A DNA stretch of 64,000 nt from a virus. Lineage: Duplodnaviria; Caudoviricetes. Under the pieces are notes generated by a model. The model did no database searches. It was not told the DNA's origin and worked only from the letters and a program-made list of their open reading frames with translations. Location: positions 64,001 through 128,000 of IMG/VR virus record IMGVR_UViG_3300030330_005091; one strand, given 5' to 3'. This document shows positions 1 through 8,971 of this stretch, piece after piece; position 1 is the stretch's first letter; each line of letters begins with the position of its first letter. The translations under genes were made by a program, and so were the position numbers.

Positions 1-70
1 AGGTAAAGATTGACCTCTCATCCAGTTCTTCGTTTAATAAAAAATCTCTCCATTGTGAATCTAGTGACAT
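1..70 (-). CDS. 5' end of gene running off the window (MSLDSQWRDFLLNEELDE...), putative virion-internal protein
   Basis: ATG at 70 preceded by GGAAGGA; W-x-x-F-L-L-x-E N-terminus resembles other ORFs here. Confidence 0.6.
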   Translation of the reverse strand, partial: MSLDSQWRDFLLNEELDERSIFT

Positions 71-168
71 ACTTGTTCCTTCCGTTATTGTTGTTAATAA
101 CAGGCTCTTTATAAATCTGTTCCTAAGCTTTTTAAGCTCAACTTTTATATTCCCCTGTCATATTATTA

Positions 169-1302
169 TTATCCTTTGCGTTTTTGCAGTGCCTCTTGTA
201 AAGCTTTCTTTACGAGTGCTTCAATTTGTTCCTTGGTTGGCTTTTTATCTTTTTTCATAGATTTTTCGATAGCCTTACCGCGCTTTTTCTCATAAGAAGA
301 AAGTTTTCCATCATCATCTAAATCAGCTTTGTCAGGATTTTCTAATTCTTCCTCAAGTTCTTCTTCTTCACGAAGTCTGTCAGGGTCTTGACGTCGAACC
401 CTGGGATCACCTTTGCGTTGTGCTGCGCCGCCTTCCTCAAGTTCTTCCTCTTCTTCAAGAGTTTTTCCAGGGGTTCTCGCCTTCTTAGCCTTGCGTTCTT
501 TTTCTGCTTTCTCGGCGGCGGCTTGCTGTTGGGAAGGTGTGAGTGAATCCCTGTAATCTCCACCGGGACCATAATCAGAGGAAATTTCTTCAAGAGTCTC
601 ATCATCGTTTTCTGCGGCTTCATTTTTTTTCTTTTCGTCATCGCGCTTGCCAGCACAGTGTGCTTCATCAAGCTCTTCTTCCTCGTTAATTTCTTCTTCA
701 ACGGACTCTTCAACTGGCTCTTCGGTGTTTTCATCAACAGTTTCAGCAGTTGCTTCAACCTCTTCTTCTTGAACTTCACCGTTACCGTTGAACTCGTTAA
801 ACTCTTCGAGAGTGTTAAATTTAAAACCCCAAGCTTCCGAAAGAAGCTGAGTTAATTCTTTGTTTTTCCAATCTTTTGTAGACATCTTGTTATCTCCTTT
901 TTGTAGATGTTCGTAATAAATAGTACCTTTGCAACTGTCTTCCCAGTCTCTAAAAACTATTGACGCTTGATAAGCTTGAATTTCCATTGTTCTCAGATGA
1001 GAATCCTTCTGTGCATATCCTTGTTCTCCGAGATCCGACGTGTTGTCAAATTGACCTTTACAGTTTTGTGTATGATGCATCAATTCATGAGATAAAGACC
1101 TCATAATATCTTTAGGATGACGCTTCCCAATATAAATGGTAATTGATTCATTTTGTGGATCGTAAAATCCAGTTTTTCCCATAGGGTTGTTAGCTTCATT
1201 GTTGTCGTTCTTTAAAAACAACCGTGGAACCCTATCAAAACCCATTTGCTTTTGTGCAAACGGCATAAACTGTTTAATAAGTGATTTTAAAATATCAACC
1301 AT
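169..1302 (-). CDS. HEXXH zinc-metallopeptidase domain fused to acidic scaffold/head-core-like region (possible internal start at 885)
   Basis: RSLSHELMHHTQ...E motif; E-rich C-terminal half with many L/I-x-E sites. Confidence 0.65.
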   Translation of the reverse strand: MVDILKSLIKQFMPFAQKQMGFDRVPRLFLKNDNNEANNPMGKTGFYDPQNESITIYIGKRHPKDIMRSLSHELMHHTQNCKGQFDNTSDLGEQGYAQKDSHLRTMEIQAYQASIVFRDWEDSCKGTIYYEHLQKGDNKMSTKDWKNKELTQLLSEAWGFKFNTLEEFNEFNGNGEVQEEEVEATAETVDENTEEPVEESVEEEINEEEELDEAHCAGKRDDEKKKNEAAENDDETLEEISSDYGPGGDYRDSLTPSQQQAAAEKAEKERKAKKARTPGKTLEEEEELEEGGAAQRKGDPRVRRQDPDRLREEEELEEELENPDKADLDDDGKLSSYEKKRGKAIEKSMKKDKKPTKEQIEALVKKALQEALQKRKG

Positions 1303-1633
1303 CTAAGAAAACTTCCTTTTGTTTATCAGAATACCAAATATACTCTAAATAGTTACCAAATGGGTCTTTTACATAAACTCCTATTGTTCCATCCCTATGT
1401 TCGACAACAGTTCCTTTTTCAGTTGGTAGATCTTCTTTGTTTTCAACTAAAATTCCAATATGAGCCCATGGGTAATGTTCCTTATCGATAAGCGCTATAT
1501 TTGTGTTTTTTACAGTCAATCTAATATACTTCTCATCTCTAAATGTAACTTTTGCATTTAAATGTGAAATATACCATTCTTCTGCTTCTTCTAAATTATC
1601 TACTAATAATGCAATGTGATCAACTATTGACAT
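1295..1633 (-). CDS. VOC/glyoxalase family protein
   Basis: DHIALLVDNLEEAEEWY ... HIGI ... VYVKDPFGNYLE. Confidence 0.85.
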   Translation of the reverse strand: MSIVDHIALLVDNLEEAEEWYISHLNAKVTFRDEKYIRLTVKNTNIALIDKEHYPWAHIGILVENKEDLPTEKGTVVEHRDGTIGVYVKDPFGNYLEYIWYSDKQKEVFLDG

Positions 1634-1892
1634 TTTCTATTTTTACTCCTGTTTTAGATACTAATCTTAAGCTTAGTGAAAAGTGTTCTATTTCTTTTTT
1701 TGGCCCTTGTAGTGGAACGACTGTGGTTATTGAAACAAGCCTGTTTTGTCTTATTTCATTTCTTGTAGAAGTTATAATGCCATAATTGTGGTTCCAATCT
1801 TGTTGAACATCATCCCAAGTTGACCATTCTACAATATCGCCAATAGAAAATTTTTTTGATACAAGACTTCCAAAGCTTTTATCAGTGCTCAT
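1620..1892 (-). CDS. small SH3/KOW-like (IGDIV) protein
   Basis: FSIGDIVEW...YGII motif. Confidence 0.6.
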   Translation of the reverse strand: MSTDKSFGSLVSKKFSIGDIVEWSTWDDVQQDWNHNYGIITSTRNEIRQNRLVSITTVVPLQGPKKEIEHFSLSLRLVSKTGVKIENVNS

Positions 1893-2073
1893 TGTAGGTA
1901 ACCATCCAAGAACACACTCCTTCTAACAATAATTTTTTCATTGTATATTGTGCTTCATCAATGTTAAAAAAAGGACCTTCAGAAGCTACAGTGGCATTTT
2001 CTTTTTTAAAAACTAGAAACACTATTTTGTCACCATATTCTTCAGATATATACTTTCTATTTTTGCCGCCCAT
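1882..2073 (-). CDS. hypothetical protein
   Basis: ORF in operon, CTATTTA motif just upstream. Confidence 0.55.
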   Translation of the reverse strand: MGGKNRKYISEEYGDKIVFLVFKKENATVASEGPFFNIDEAQYTMKKLLLEGVCSWMVTYNEH

Positions 2074-2095
2074 GCCATAAATAGCACAATTGTTA

Positions 2096-2233
2096 CTATT
2101 TCAAACTATTATTAATACATATAAGTGCCAGCAGAGAAACTACGGTAATTTCAAAACCAAAAACAAGGTAAGCGCACCAACTGGCTGATATAAAAACAAC
2201 ACGCTTCCAAAAATTGTTATACTCAAATAACAT
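2096..2233 (-). CDS. small membrane protein (45 aa, not in ORF track)
   Basis: MLFEYNNFWKRVVFISASWCAYLVFGFEITVVSLLALICINNSLK; TAATG coupling to upstream gene. Confidence 0.5.
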   Translation of the reverse strand: MLFEYNNFWKRVVFISASWCAYLVFGFEITVVSLLALICINNSLK

Positions 2234-2553
2234 TAGTCAAATCCAATTAACTCAATTTGTTCGTCTTCTATCAAGAGTATATCACCATTTATTGAATATA
2301 TTAAAGTTTTACCATCAGAACTGTAATTTTCTTCTACAACATACACTGTTATCCCTCTTTCGACTTTTACAAAAGTTCTGTTATCAGTCAGTAAACAATA
2401 CATAGGCCCATTTCCTTTGATAACATATGCTGGAATAAGTTCTTGAACAAAATCTTCAGTTTTGCCTGAAGTTTGTTCAACAATGCGTTTTAACCTTTCT
2501 GTAATGTGTTTTGGAATACTGCCCATATTGTAACTAGGGGCCGTATTCTCCAA
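2233..2553 (-). CDS. hypothetical protein
   Basis: ORF track, operon context. Confidence 0.55.
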   Translation of the reverse strand: MENTAPSYNMGSIPKHITERLKRIVEQTSGKTEDFVQELIPAYVIKGNGPMYCLLTDNRTFVKVERGITVYVVEENYSSDGKTLIYSINGDILLIEDEQIELIGFD

Positions 2554-2619
2554 TAATTAAAGCGTTTTTTATCCGATGGATAAAACACGTATTTTATATA
2601 TTAATGGAAGTAAAACTTA

Positions 2620-2958
2620 TTAAATAATATCCATAGCCCAGGCTATAGCAAAGCCCATTAAAGACTGAACAACCATAAACATAGTCACAGCTTTTGTCCT
2701 AAAAGTTTTAAGTTCTTCGATATCACTTATAGCCTCTCTTAATTGTGGAGGTGATGCAACATCGTCCATTTTCTCTTTCCATACTTTTAAATCTTGAACT
2801 CTATCTTCTTTTGCTTTAAGTTCTGTAAGTTGATTTTTTACATCTTGTAATTCTGTGCGCAATCCTTCAATGCCGGATGCCATTGTTTCAAGTTGTTGTA
2901 ATACTAATTTTGAATAGGTTTCCCATCCGTTATTATTAGACATGTTGTAGTCCTCCAT
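2620..2958 (-). CDS. coiled-coil protein with C-terminal TM helix (start probably 2943)
   Basis: heptad-rich segment then AVTMFMVVQSLMGFAIAWAM; GGAGG before ATG 2943. Confidence 0.65.
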   Translation of the reverse strand: MEDYNMSNNNGWETYSKLVLQQLETMASGIEGLRTELQDVKNQLTELKAKEDRVQDLKVWKEKMDDVASPPQLREAISDIEELKTFRTKAVTMFMVVQSLMGFAIAWAMDII

Positions 2959-2992
2959 GTGTAATTAGTTAGTGAAAATTAAGAATTTTATA

Positions 2993-3580
2993 TTAATTTT
3001 CATCGACCACATTTTCGGCAATATCTTCGGCATACTTTACTTTTCTTGCTCTAATTTTTACTTTTGGATATTGACTAGACAAGGCTTCTACAGCATCAAC
3101 ATTCTTACCAGAGTCATCAAAAAATAAAACATCGGTTGCTCCGTTTTCAATTCTATTAGCGACCCAATCAGCTTTAGCTTGGGGGTCAGATGTAGCTAAC
3201 AATTCAAATGTAATCTTGGAGGTGTCTAAACCTATACTCTCAAGATAATCTCTAATTGCTCCTTCAGCAGCAGGGTCTCTTGCAGTCAATATCGCAATTT
3301 CTCGACCCTCAATGCCTGCATTTAAAGCATTGCGGATTATATTGGTAATTTGTTTGATTTCTCTCGGGTTTATAACTTCATCAAATTCAGAAAAATCATA
3401 TACGTAATTTGGATTAATTTTGTGAGTTGCGTATTCTCCAGGTGTCATTTCTATTTTCTCACCTGTATCTAACGTAATGTGAATATTTGAATCTGACTTT
3501 GCAATTGTATCATCAAAATCAAAAACGCGAAGTTTTGATTCGTTTAAATATTCTCGCCAATTTTCAAGTAGGAGTTTCAT
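2993..3580 (-). CDS. HAD-superfamily phosphatase with MKLLLENWREYLNE leader
   Basis: FDFDDT motif I, ILTAR motif II, K motif III, FFDDS motif IV. Confidence 0.8.
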   Translation of the reverse strand: MKLLLENWREYLNESKLRVFDFDDTIAKSDSNIHITLDTGEKIEMTPGEYATHKINPNYVYDFSEFDEVINPREIKQITNIIRNALNAGIEGREIAILTARDPAAEGAIRDYLESIGLDTSKITFELLATSDPQAKADWVANRIENGATDVLFFDDSGKNVDAVEALSSQYPKVKIRARKVKYAEDIAENVVDEN

Positions 3581-4043
3581 CGTCTTTTCCAATATTTGAG
3601 CGTTCTTGCCAGTCTGCAGAAACAGAATCCTCTTCTATTGGCCCGCCTTTTGCCCATGTTCGACAAGCTCTAGCAGAGTGACATTTAAAGTGATGCATCC
3701 AACAATACCCTAATATGCCATCTTCGTCAGATGTTTCACCAGGCATACATTCTAACATCCTTGGTGAAATGTCAAATGCCACACAATTACCGCAAACAGA
3801 TTTTTTTGCAGCTTCTTCGGTTGTGTTCCAATACTCCGCAATATTTTTCCAATAATCGGCCGGCTCTGTAACATTTAATGGTCCGTATTGAATATGTTCA
3901 GCATGGATCGCTGAGTCTCTGTTTTTGGTGTTTAGTTTCAAATCTTGAGTGGCTGGTGGGCATATTAGTCCCTTTGTTTTTTTAATAAGTATTTTTATAT
4001 CTTCATTTAAATACTTTCGCCAATTTTCAAGTAAAAGTTTCAT
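3543..4043 (-). repeat. 38-bp direct repeat (3543-3580 and 4006-4043) encoding MKLLLENWRxYLN
   Basis: 34/38 identical by manual comparison. Confidence 0.85.
3564..4043 (-). CDS. Cys-rich protein with MKLLLENWRKYLNE leader
   Basis: CGNC...C...YCWMHHFKCHSARAC..W. Confidence 0.7.
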   Translation of the reverse strand: MKLLLENWRKYLNEDIKILIKKTKGLICPPATQDLKLNTKNRDSAIHAEHIQYGPLNVTEPADYWKNIAEYWNTTEEAAKKSVCGNCVAFDISPRMLECMPGETSDEDGILGYCWMHHFKCHSARACRTWAKGGPIEEDSVSADWQERSNIGKDDETPT

Positions 4044-4279
4044 TTTATTTCTTCTACAGTTTTTTCCATGTGGTCATCAAAATCAGTTCTAATCCATACC
4101 ATTGAATTAAATTGTGCTCTTTTTCTTTCTAAAACCAAAGAGCCTTGAGGTTTTACAAGTGTTCCATCAACTTCGACACCTTCAAAATCGATTTCTGTTT
4201 TTTGTTTGTAAATAACTTTTGGTTCTTCTTCGGGTTCGTTTGCAAGAGCAATACCCAAGATTAAAAATAATAAATGCAT
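4040..4279 (-). CDS. cglF: CglF/GltF-like (adventurous gliding motility) secreted protein homologue
   Basis: signal peptide + KTEIDFEGVEVDGTLVKPQG...RK...F.SMVWIRTDF, resembling the recalled myxobacterial CglF pattern (KTxIDF..xIEGxLxKPxG...LIxxRxxF). Confidence 0.7.
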   Translation of the reverse strand: MHLLFLILGIALANEPEEEPKVIYKQKTEIDFEGVEVDGTLVKPQGSLVLERKRAQFNSMVWIRTDFDDHMEKTVEEIK

Positions 4280-4307
4280 ATCTTAAATAGTAACAATCTC
4301 TGTAAGA

Positions 4308-4898
4308 TTACAATAAACTATCAATTACAGAGCGAACATAAGCTTCATCAAAACCAACAGCACCGCTATAAATTTTTAATTCTTTGTCAATAAACACATA
4401 TGTTGGAAATCCACCAACAAGATACCCAGTTTCCCCCGTTTGATCCATAACACTTCTGTCGGCATACAAAACGGGCGCTGTAGTGATCCCATGACTACTA
4501 ACCCATTCTAAAATTTCTGTCTCTGTGGGTGGTTCTCCTGTGGCACCATCAACCAAAACAGTTACAAACTGTAATTTGTTACCATAGTCGTTTTGAATGC
4601 CCTGAGTATATTGACCTGCCCACTGACATGGACCACACCAGACAGTTGAAAAATCAAGAACTATAACTTTACCTTCTTGTTTATATAATTGCCATACGTT
4701 CATGTTTTGATCGTAAAAAATCATATTACAAACAGATGAACCAATTGTTTTTTGATCACAGTCGGGTGTATCAATAATTCCAAATTCCGTTGGGACCTCT
4801 TCTGCAGTCGCTGGACCCGAATCTAATGGTTGTGTTTCTAATTTTGCTGGATTGCAAGAATTAAGCATTATTAAAGATGCTAATAATATATTTTTCAT
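4308..4898 (-). CDS. TlpA/redoxin-family thioredoxin-like lipoprotein
   Basis: GKVIVLDFSTVWCGPC, GFPTYVFID; N-terminal lipobox-like LNSC. Confidence 0.85.
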   Translation of the reverse strand: MKNILLASLIMLNSCNPAKLETQPLDSGPATAEEVPTEFGIIDTPDCDQKTIGSSVCNMIFYDQNMNVWQLYKQEGKVIVLDFSTVWCGPCQWAGQYTQGIQNDYGNKLQFVTVLVDGATGEPPTETEILEWVSSHGITTAPVLYADRSVMDQTGETGYLVGGFPTYVFIDKELKIYSGAVGFDEAYVRSVIDSLL

Positions 4899-4913
4899 AT
4901 TTGTTTTCCTATT

Positions 4914-6029
4914 TTATTGGTGAGGTAATATTTTGGCGGGTGCAATGCATTCCCAATCATCACCACTGTCTCCACTGCTTGAGTCAATGTTTGCTTGGGA
5001 CCAAGTTTCCCCATCATCAGTGCTATAAAATATACGACCTCTTAAATTGCAAACCACCCAGTTCCCAATTCCATCAGTCGCAACATCACCCACTGCACCC
5101 CCTATTGAATTTGAACCCCAGGTATCTGTGGTAAGTGTCCAAGATGTACCATTAGTGGAGCGTAGCATTTTGCCTCCCGCAACAACAATGTAAACACCAT
5201 TTCCTGCTGCTGCACCTATTTCTACATTTCCAACTTCGTCAGAAGAAACACTCCAGGTGTTTAAATCTGTAGACGTTGCAGCAAACCCGCCACCACCTGC
5301 TGGAGGGCTGACTTCTGAATATGCTATCAACCACCTGCTTCGATGATAAACTACTGCTTTTATAGTTCTACCGTCATTAAAATCTTTTGCTAAAGTCCAA
5401 GTATTTCCATCATCGACAGATTTATAAAGGCGATCTCTTTGTCCAAATACCCAAGTCGATACACCATCACACGCTATAGAAATAATATCGCTTGTCGATA
5501 TATCAGTAAGACTACTAATATCAACAGCACTGAAATTAATACCGTCCGTCGAAACCTGGAGATATTTCCAGCTTTGACCGCCTTCTCCTTGCATTTTTCC
5601 GCACAAAATCCACTTTCCAGTTCTAGAATTAAAAGCACCGCCGCGCAAACCATCAGAACTCGCAGCATTAATAACAGTCCAGTCTCCACTATTGGTTGGA
5701 GGATCAGCAGTAGAAGAAGCTATGATTTCTTCTGAATTATCATCTGTACACATCAACCAGGTTCGATTGCCATCAGAATTTCTGCCATATACTACCCACC
5801 TTATTCTTTCGCCTCCATCAGTCGGACCTGAATAACTTGTCCAATTAGAATTCCAATCATTTCCTTGGGCGTATGCAATTGTTGTAGAGCGAGAACCAGC
5901 TAGCCATGCACTGGATGAAATGGGTGGTCTATTATTAGCATTAATGCTTTCTACCAAATCAATTGGAGTTCCGTTAACGAACGCTATACTACTAGCGCTA
6001 ATTTCTGAAACAGTATCAAAATCTGGCAT
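4914..6029 (-). CDS. BNR/Asp-box beta-propeller virion (receptor-binding-like) protein
   Basis: repeated S-x-D-x-G-x-x-W (SVDDGNTW, STNGTSW, STDDGETW). Confidence 0.7.
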   Translation of the reverse strand: MPDFDTVSEISASSIAFVNGTPIDLVESINANNRPPISSSAWLAGSRSTTIAYAQGNDWNSNWTSYSGPTDGGERIRWVVYGRNSDGNRTWLMCTDDNSEEIIASSTADPPTNSGDWTVINAASSDGLRGGAFNSRTGKWILCGKMQGEGGQSWKYLQVSTDGINFSAVDISSLTDISTSDIISIACDGVSTWVFGQRDRLYKSVDDGNTWTLAKDFNDGRTIKAVVYHRSRWLIAYSEVSPPAGGGGFAATSTDLNTWSVSSDEVGNVEIGAAAGNGVYIVVAGGKMLRSTNGTSWTLTTDTWGSNSIGGAVGDVATDGIGNWVVCNLRGRIFYSTDDGETWSQANIDSSSGDSGDDWECIAPAKILPHQ

Positions 6030-8092
6030 TAGACCACCACCAAATAATCAGGACTTGGGTTAAAATATATAACATTCCCAGTCGTTGTACATGTTCCGAC
6101 AACACGAACTGATTGTCCACTACCAGAAGGTCTAATAGTAGTCAATTGTCCACTGCCTGAAAGATATACAGTGGCGCCTGTTGTGAAACCACCTACAAGT
6201 TGTGTATTGTAATCAAAAAATCCACGAATCAACATACCATCAACAGATGGTGAGGTTCCGAGCGCTGTTGCTAACATTCCTAAGCCACCAGACGCAGGAA
6301 CAGAAATATCAACTTCATCCCAATTTCCATTGCTGTGTAGGTAATAAGTTTTTCCCTGAATCGTTGTGCCGGCGCCAAATTTAACAACTTCACCGCCACC
6401 AGTATCGTTTGCTAATATTGTAGGGTTATGGTGAACATCAAGAGCAGTTTTAGGATCTAAATTAAGAATTCCAACTGCACCTGAGCCTTTTACTTCCAAA
6501 AGAGAGCCGTGGAGATCAGACTTAGCTGATATAAGCGTTTCAGTACCAGAGCCAGTGACATTTATTAATCCTCCAAAATGAGCACCGCCTACAGTAATGG
6601 CACCAGAACCAGAAACACCTAACGCAATACGACCACCACTAGCATCAGTTCCTTGCATGAGTGCTAAAATTTTATTGTTGGTGTCGGATGGTCTAATTGC
6701 TAGCATACCATCCTGTGGACCGCTACCTGCCCGATCGCCAATTGCTATAGATGGATTAGCCCCGGTAACATGAATACCAACAGAACTGGTGATTCTTTGT
6801 GCACTGACATCACCAGTTACTGATAGCACTGAGCTATCAAATGTTAGATTCGACTCACCTTGAACAGTTGAAGTATCAACAGATGTTATAATTCTAGTAG
6901 CACCTGCACTGTTGTAATTTGTAATGGGACCTGCGCTAATTCCATTCAAATTAGAACCATCGCCATAAAATGCAGATGCAGAAATATTAACACTAGCACT
7001 AATATCTCCTGTGACTGATAATGCATGATCAGGTGCAATTGTATCACTTCCTATTCTAGTGTCGGGGGTGAAAAACAACTTATTATCGTCATTATCAAAT
7101 CGAATTGCATTGGTACCACCCGATTTTCGTACTCTAAATGCGTTTACATCTTCAGGTACATTAAAGTAAACTCTGCTACCTACGCCGGCACCGCCATCAA
7201 CTGTTAATACTCCTGATACTATAAGTTCTGTTCCATCAAATGTAAGGTTAGATTCACCTTGTACGCTTGTGGTATCAACAGATGTAATAATGCGGGTGGC
7301 GCCAGTCTCGCCGTATGCTGTAATAGCAGCCGAAGGTAGCCCAGTTAATGAAGAACCGTCTCCAAAAAATTTACCATAAACTTGCGAGGCTGAAACAAAC
7401 ACAGATGCTGATAAGCTAGCTCCAAAAAACGCAGATGCAGAAACGTGTGACGAAGCAGTTAGCTCATTAGTTCTAATTAATGAAGCTGTTAATTGGTTGT
7501 CAGCATAAACTTTTCCAGTTGATTCCACTCTAAAAACTTGTGAGTCGGAATTATTTCTTACCTCAAATTTTGTGTCTCCAGCATCATCACCTAGACGAAT
7601 TCTAACAGCTTTATCCACTTCATCGTTTCTAATATACAAGTTTCCACCAGTAGCTTTAATTTGTGGATTTCCAGACGTTGTATTATTTAAGGATAATTTA
7701 CCATCCCCACCTTGTATAACTGATCCTGAAATTCCTAGAGAAGCAGAAATTTGTCCGGTGGCAGATAATTTAGAACCATCAAATGTAAGGTTAGATTCAC
7801 CCTGAACAGTGGTAGAATTAACTGAAGTGATAATTCTATTGTTGCTTGAGCTATTGTACGTGGTGATTGCCGCCGATGGAAGCCCAGTTAGCCCAGAACC
7901 ATCACCATGAAAAGAGGAAGCTGAAACCGGACCAGAGGCTGATACATGGTTGTTGTTTATCTCTAAACGATATGTTCCTCCGGTTTTTAACTTTATGCTA
8001 TCATCGTCAAAATCAATTTGAGTTTCATTCGGATCTCCCTCATATTGAATATCACCAGTATGTTGTGGACCTTTTTGATTGTTATATGCCAT
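6029..8092 (-). CDS. tail/head fibre-like protein with internal repeats
   Basis: 3x FxGDGSxLxG...RIITSVxxxxVQGESNLTFD; Gly/Ser/Thr-rich. Confidence 0.75.
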   Translation of the reverse strand: MAYNNQKGPQHTGDIQYEGDPNETQIDFDDDSIKLKTGGTYRLEINNNHVSASGPVSASSFHGDGSGLTGLPSAAITTYNSSSNNRIITSVNSTTVQGESNLTFDGSKLSATGQISASLGISGSVIQGGDGKLSLNNTTSGNPQIKATGGNLYIRNDEVDKAVRIRLGDDAGDTKFEVRNNSDSQVFRVESTGKVYADNQLTASLIRTNELTASSHVSASAFFGASLSASVFVSASQVYGKFFGDGSSLTGLPSAAITAYGETGATRIITSVDTTSVQGESNLTFDGTELIVSGVLTVDGGAGVGSRVYFNVPEDVNAFRVRKSGGTNAIRFDNDDNKLFFTPDTRIGSDTIAPDHALSVTGDISASVNISASAFYGDGSNLNGISAGPITNYNSAGATRIITSVDTSTVQGESNLTFDSSVLSVTGDVSAQRITSSVGIHVTGANPSIAIGDRAGSGPQDGMLAIRPSDTNNKILALMQGTDASGGRIALGVSGSGAITVGGAHFGGLINVTGSGTETLISAKSDLHGSLLEVKGSGAVGILNLDPKTALDVHHNPTILANDTGGGEVVKFGAGTTIQGKTYYLHSNGNWDEVDISVPASGGLGMLATALGTSPSVDGMLIRGFFDYNTQLVGGFTTGATVYLSGSGQLTTIRPSGSGQSVRVVGTCTTTGNVIYFNPSPDYLVVV

Positions 8093-8107
8093 TTATAAAA
8101 CCTCTTA

Positions 8108-8452
8108 TTATTTATATTTTTTGACTAACCCCTCAGACAACAAAGTGTTATTTACGTGGATCTCGCCATATTCTCCAATAAGTAGTACCCCAAGACATCT
8201 TCCATACTTACCGATCCCTTCAGACATTAAAATAAAATTACCATTTACTGTGTATAGAAGCTCTTGCAAGCGAGCTTTGGCGGCAAGTCCTTGGTTTTTC
8301 TCGTGCAAGTTTTTTGTACGTGTTTCAGGGGCATTAATGCCGTATAAACGAATTCTTTTTTTAACCCATATATCAAAACCTAAATCAATCATGGCATCAA
8401 CTGTGTCGCCATCAATAACTTCTATTAGTTTTGCATTGTATTCATTTTTCAT
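8108..8452 (-). CDS. thermonuclease (SNase-like)
   Basis: VIDGDT, IRLYGINAPE, GKYGRCL; ATGA-coupled start at 8452. Confidence 0.9.
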   Translation of the reverse strand: MKNEYNAKLIEVIDGDTVDAMIDLGFDIWVKKRIRLYGINAPETRTKNLHEKNQGLAAKARLQELLYTVNGNFILMSEGIGKYGRCLGVLLIGEYGEIHVNNTLLSEGLVKKYK

Positions 8453-8934
8453 TTTGACAAGCCTCTGCGTCCGTAGCCGCCGCGCTGCCAAATATGGTTC
8501 ATAATATGTCCGGTAACAGAATTGTCTTTAAAACCTAAAGCATGTCCTATTTCATGTTCTAAAACTCTTGGCTTGTTTTCCCACCCAACCTTAATTTCTA
8601 TTTTCGCTTTAAAAACTTCTCCAGTATCGGTTCTCCACCAAGTTTTTGTAGTGCCAAGATGATCACCAAAATCAAAACCTTGACTTGGAATATCAATCAT
8701 AATAGTTCCATATGGAGGTTCGCCCGTTACGCAAGGTAAATAATCTCGCGAGGCTCTCATAACAATTCCAAAATCATGATTTAAAGATTTCCAAAATTCT
8801 GTAGCACGATCAATTCTTAAGTTTGTAACTCGTGAATCACTACAAACAATAATATCAGGTTTCATTTCCCATGTTGGTTTTGTAGCAAACAAGTTTGTTA
8901 CAAGCAACAATGCCATACCGACACAATATCCCAC
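8449..8934 (-). CDS. matrixin-like (M10) metalloprotease with signal peptide
   Basis: HEIGHALG...HIM Met-turn; third zinc His replaced by D. Confidence 0.75.
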   Translation of the reverse strand: MGYCVGMALLLVTNLFATKPTWEMKPDIIVCSDSRVTNLRIDRATEFWKSLNHDFGIVMRASRDYLPCVTGEPPYGTIMIDIPSQGFDFGDHLGTTKTWWRTDTGEVFKAKIEIKVGWENKPRVLEHEIGHALGFKDNSVTGHIMNHIWQRGGYGRRGLSK

Positions 8935-8971
8935 AAGGCGCCCTCCTTGATCGTTATATTAGTATCTAGTG

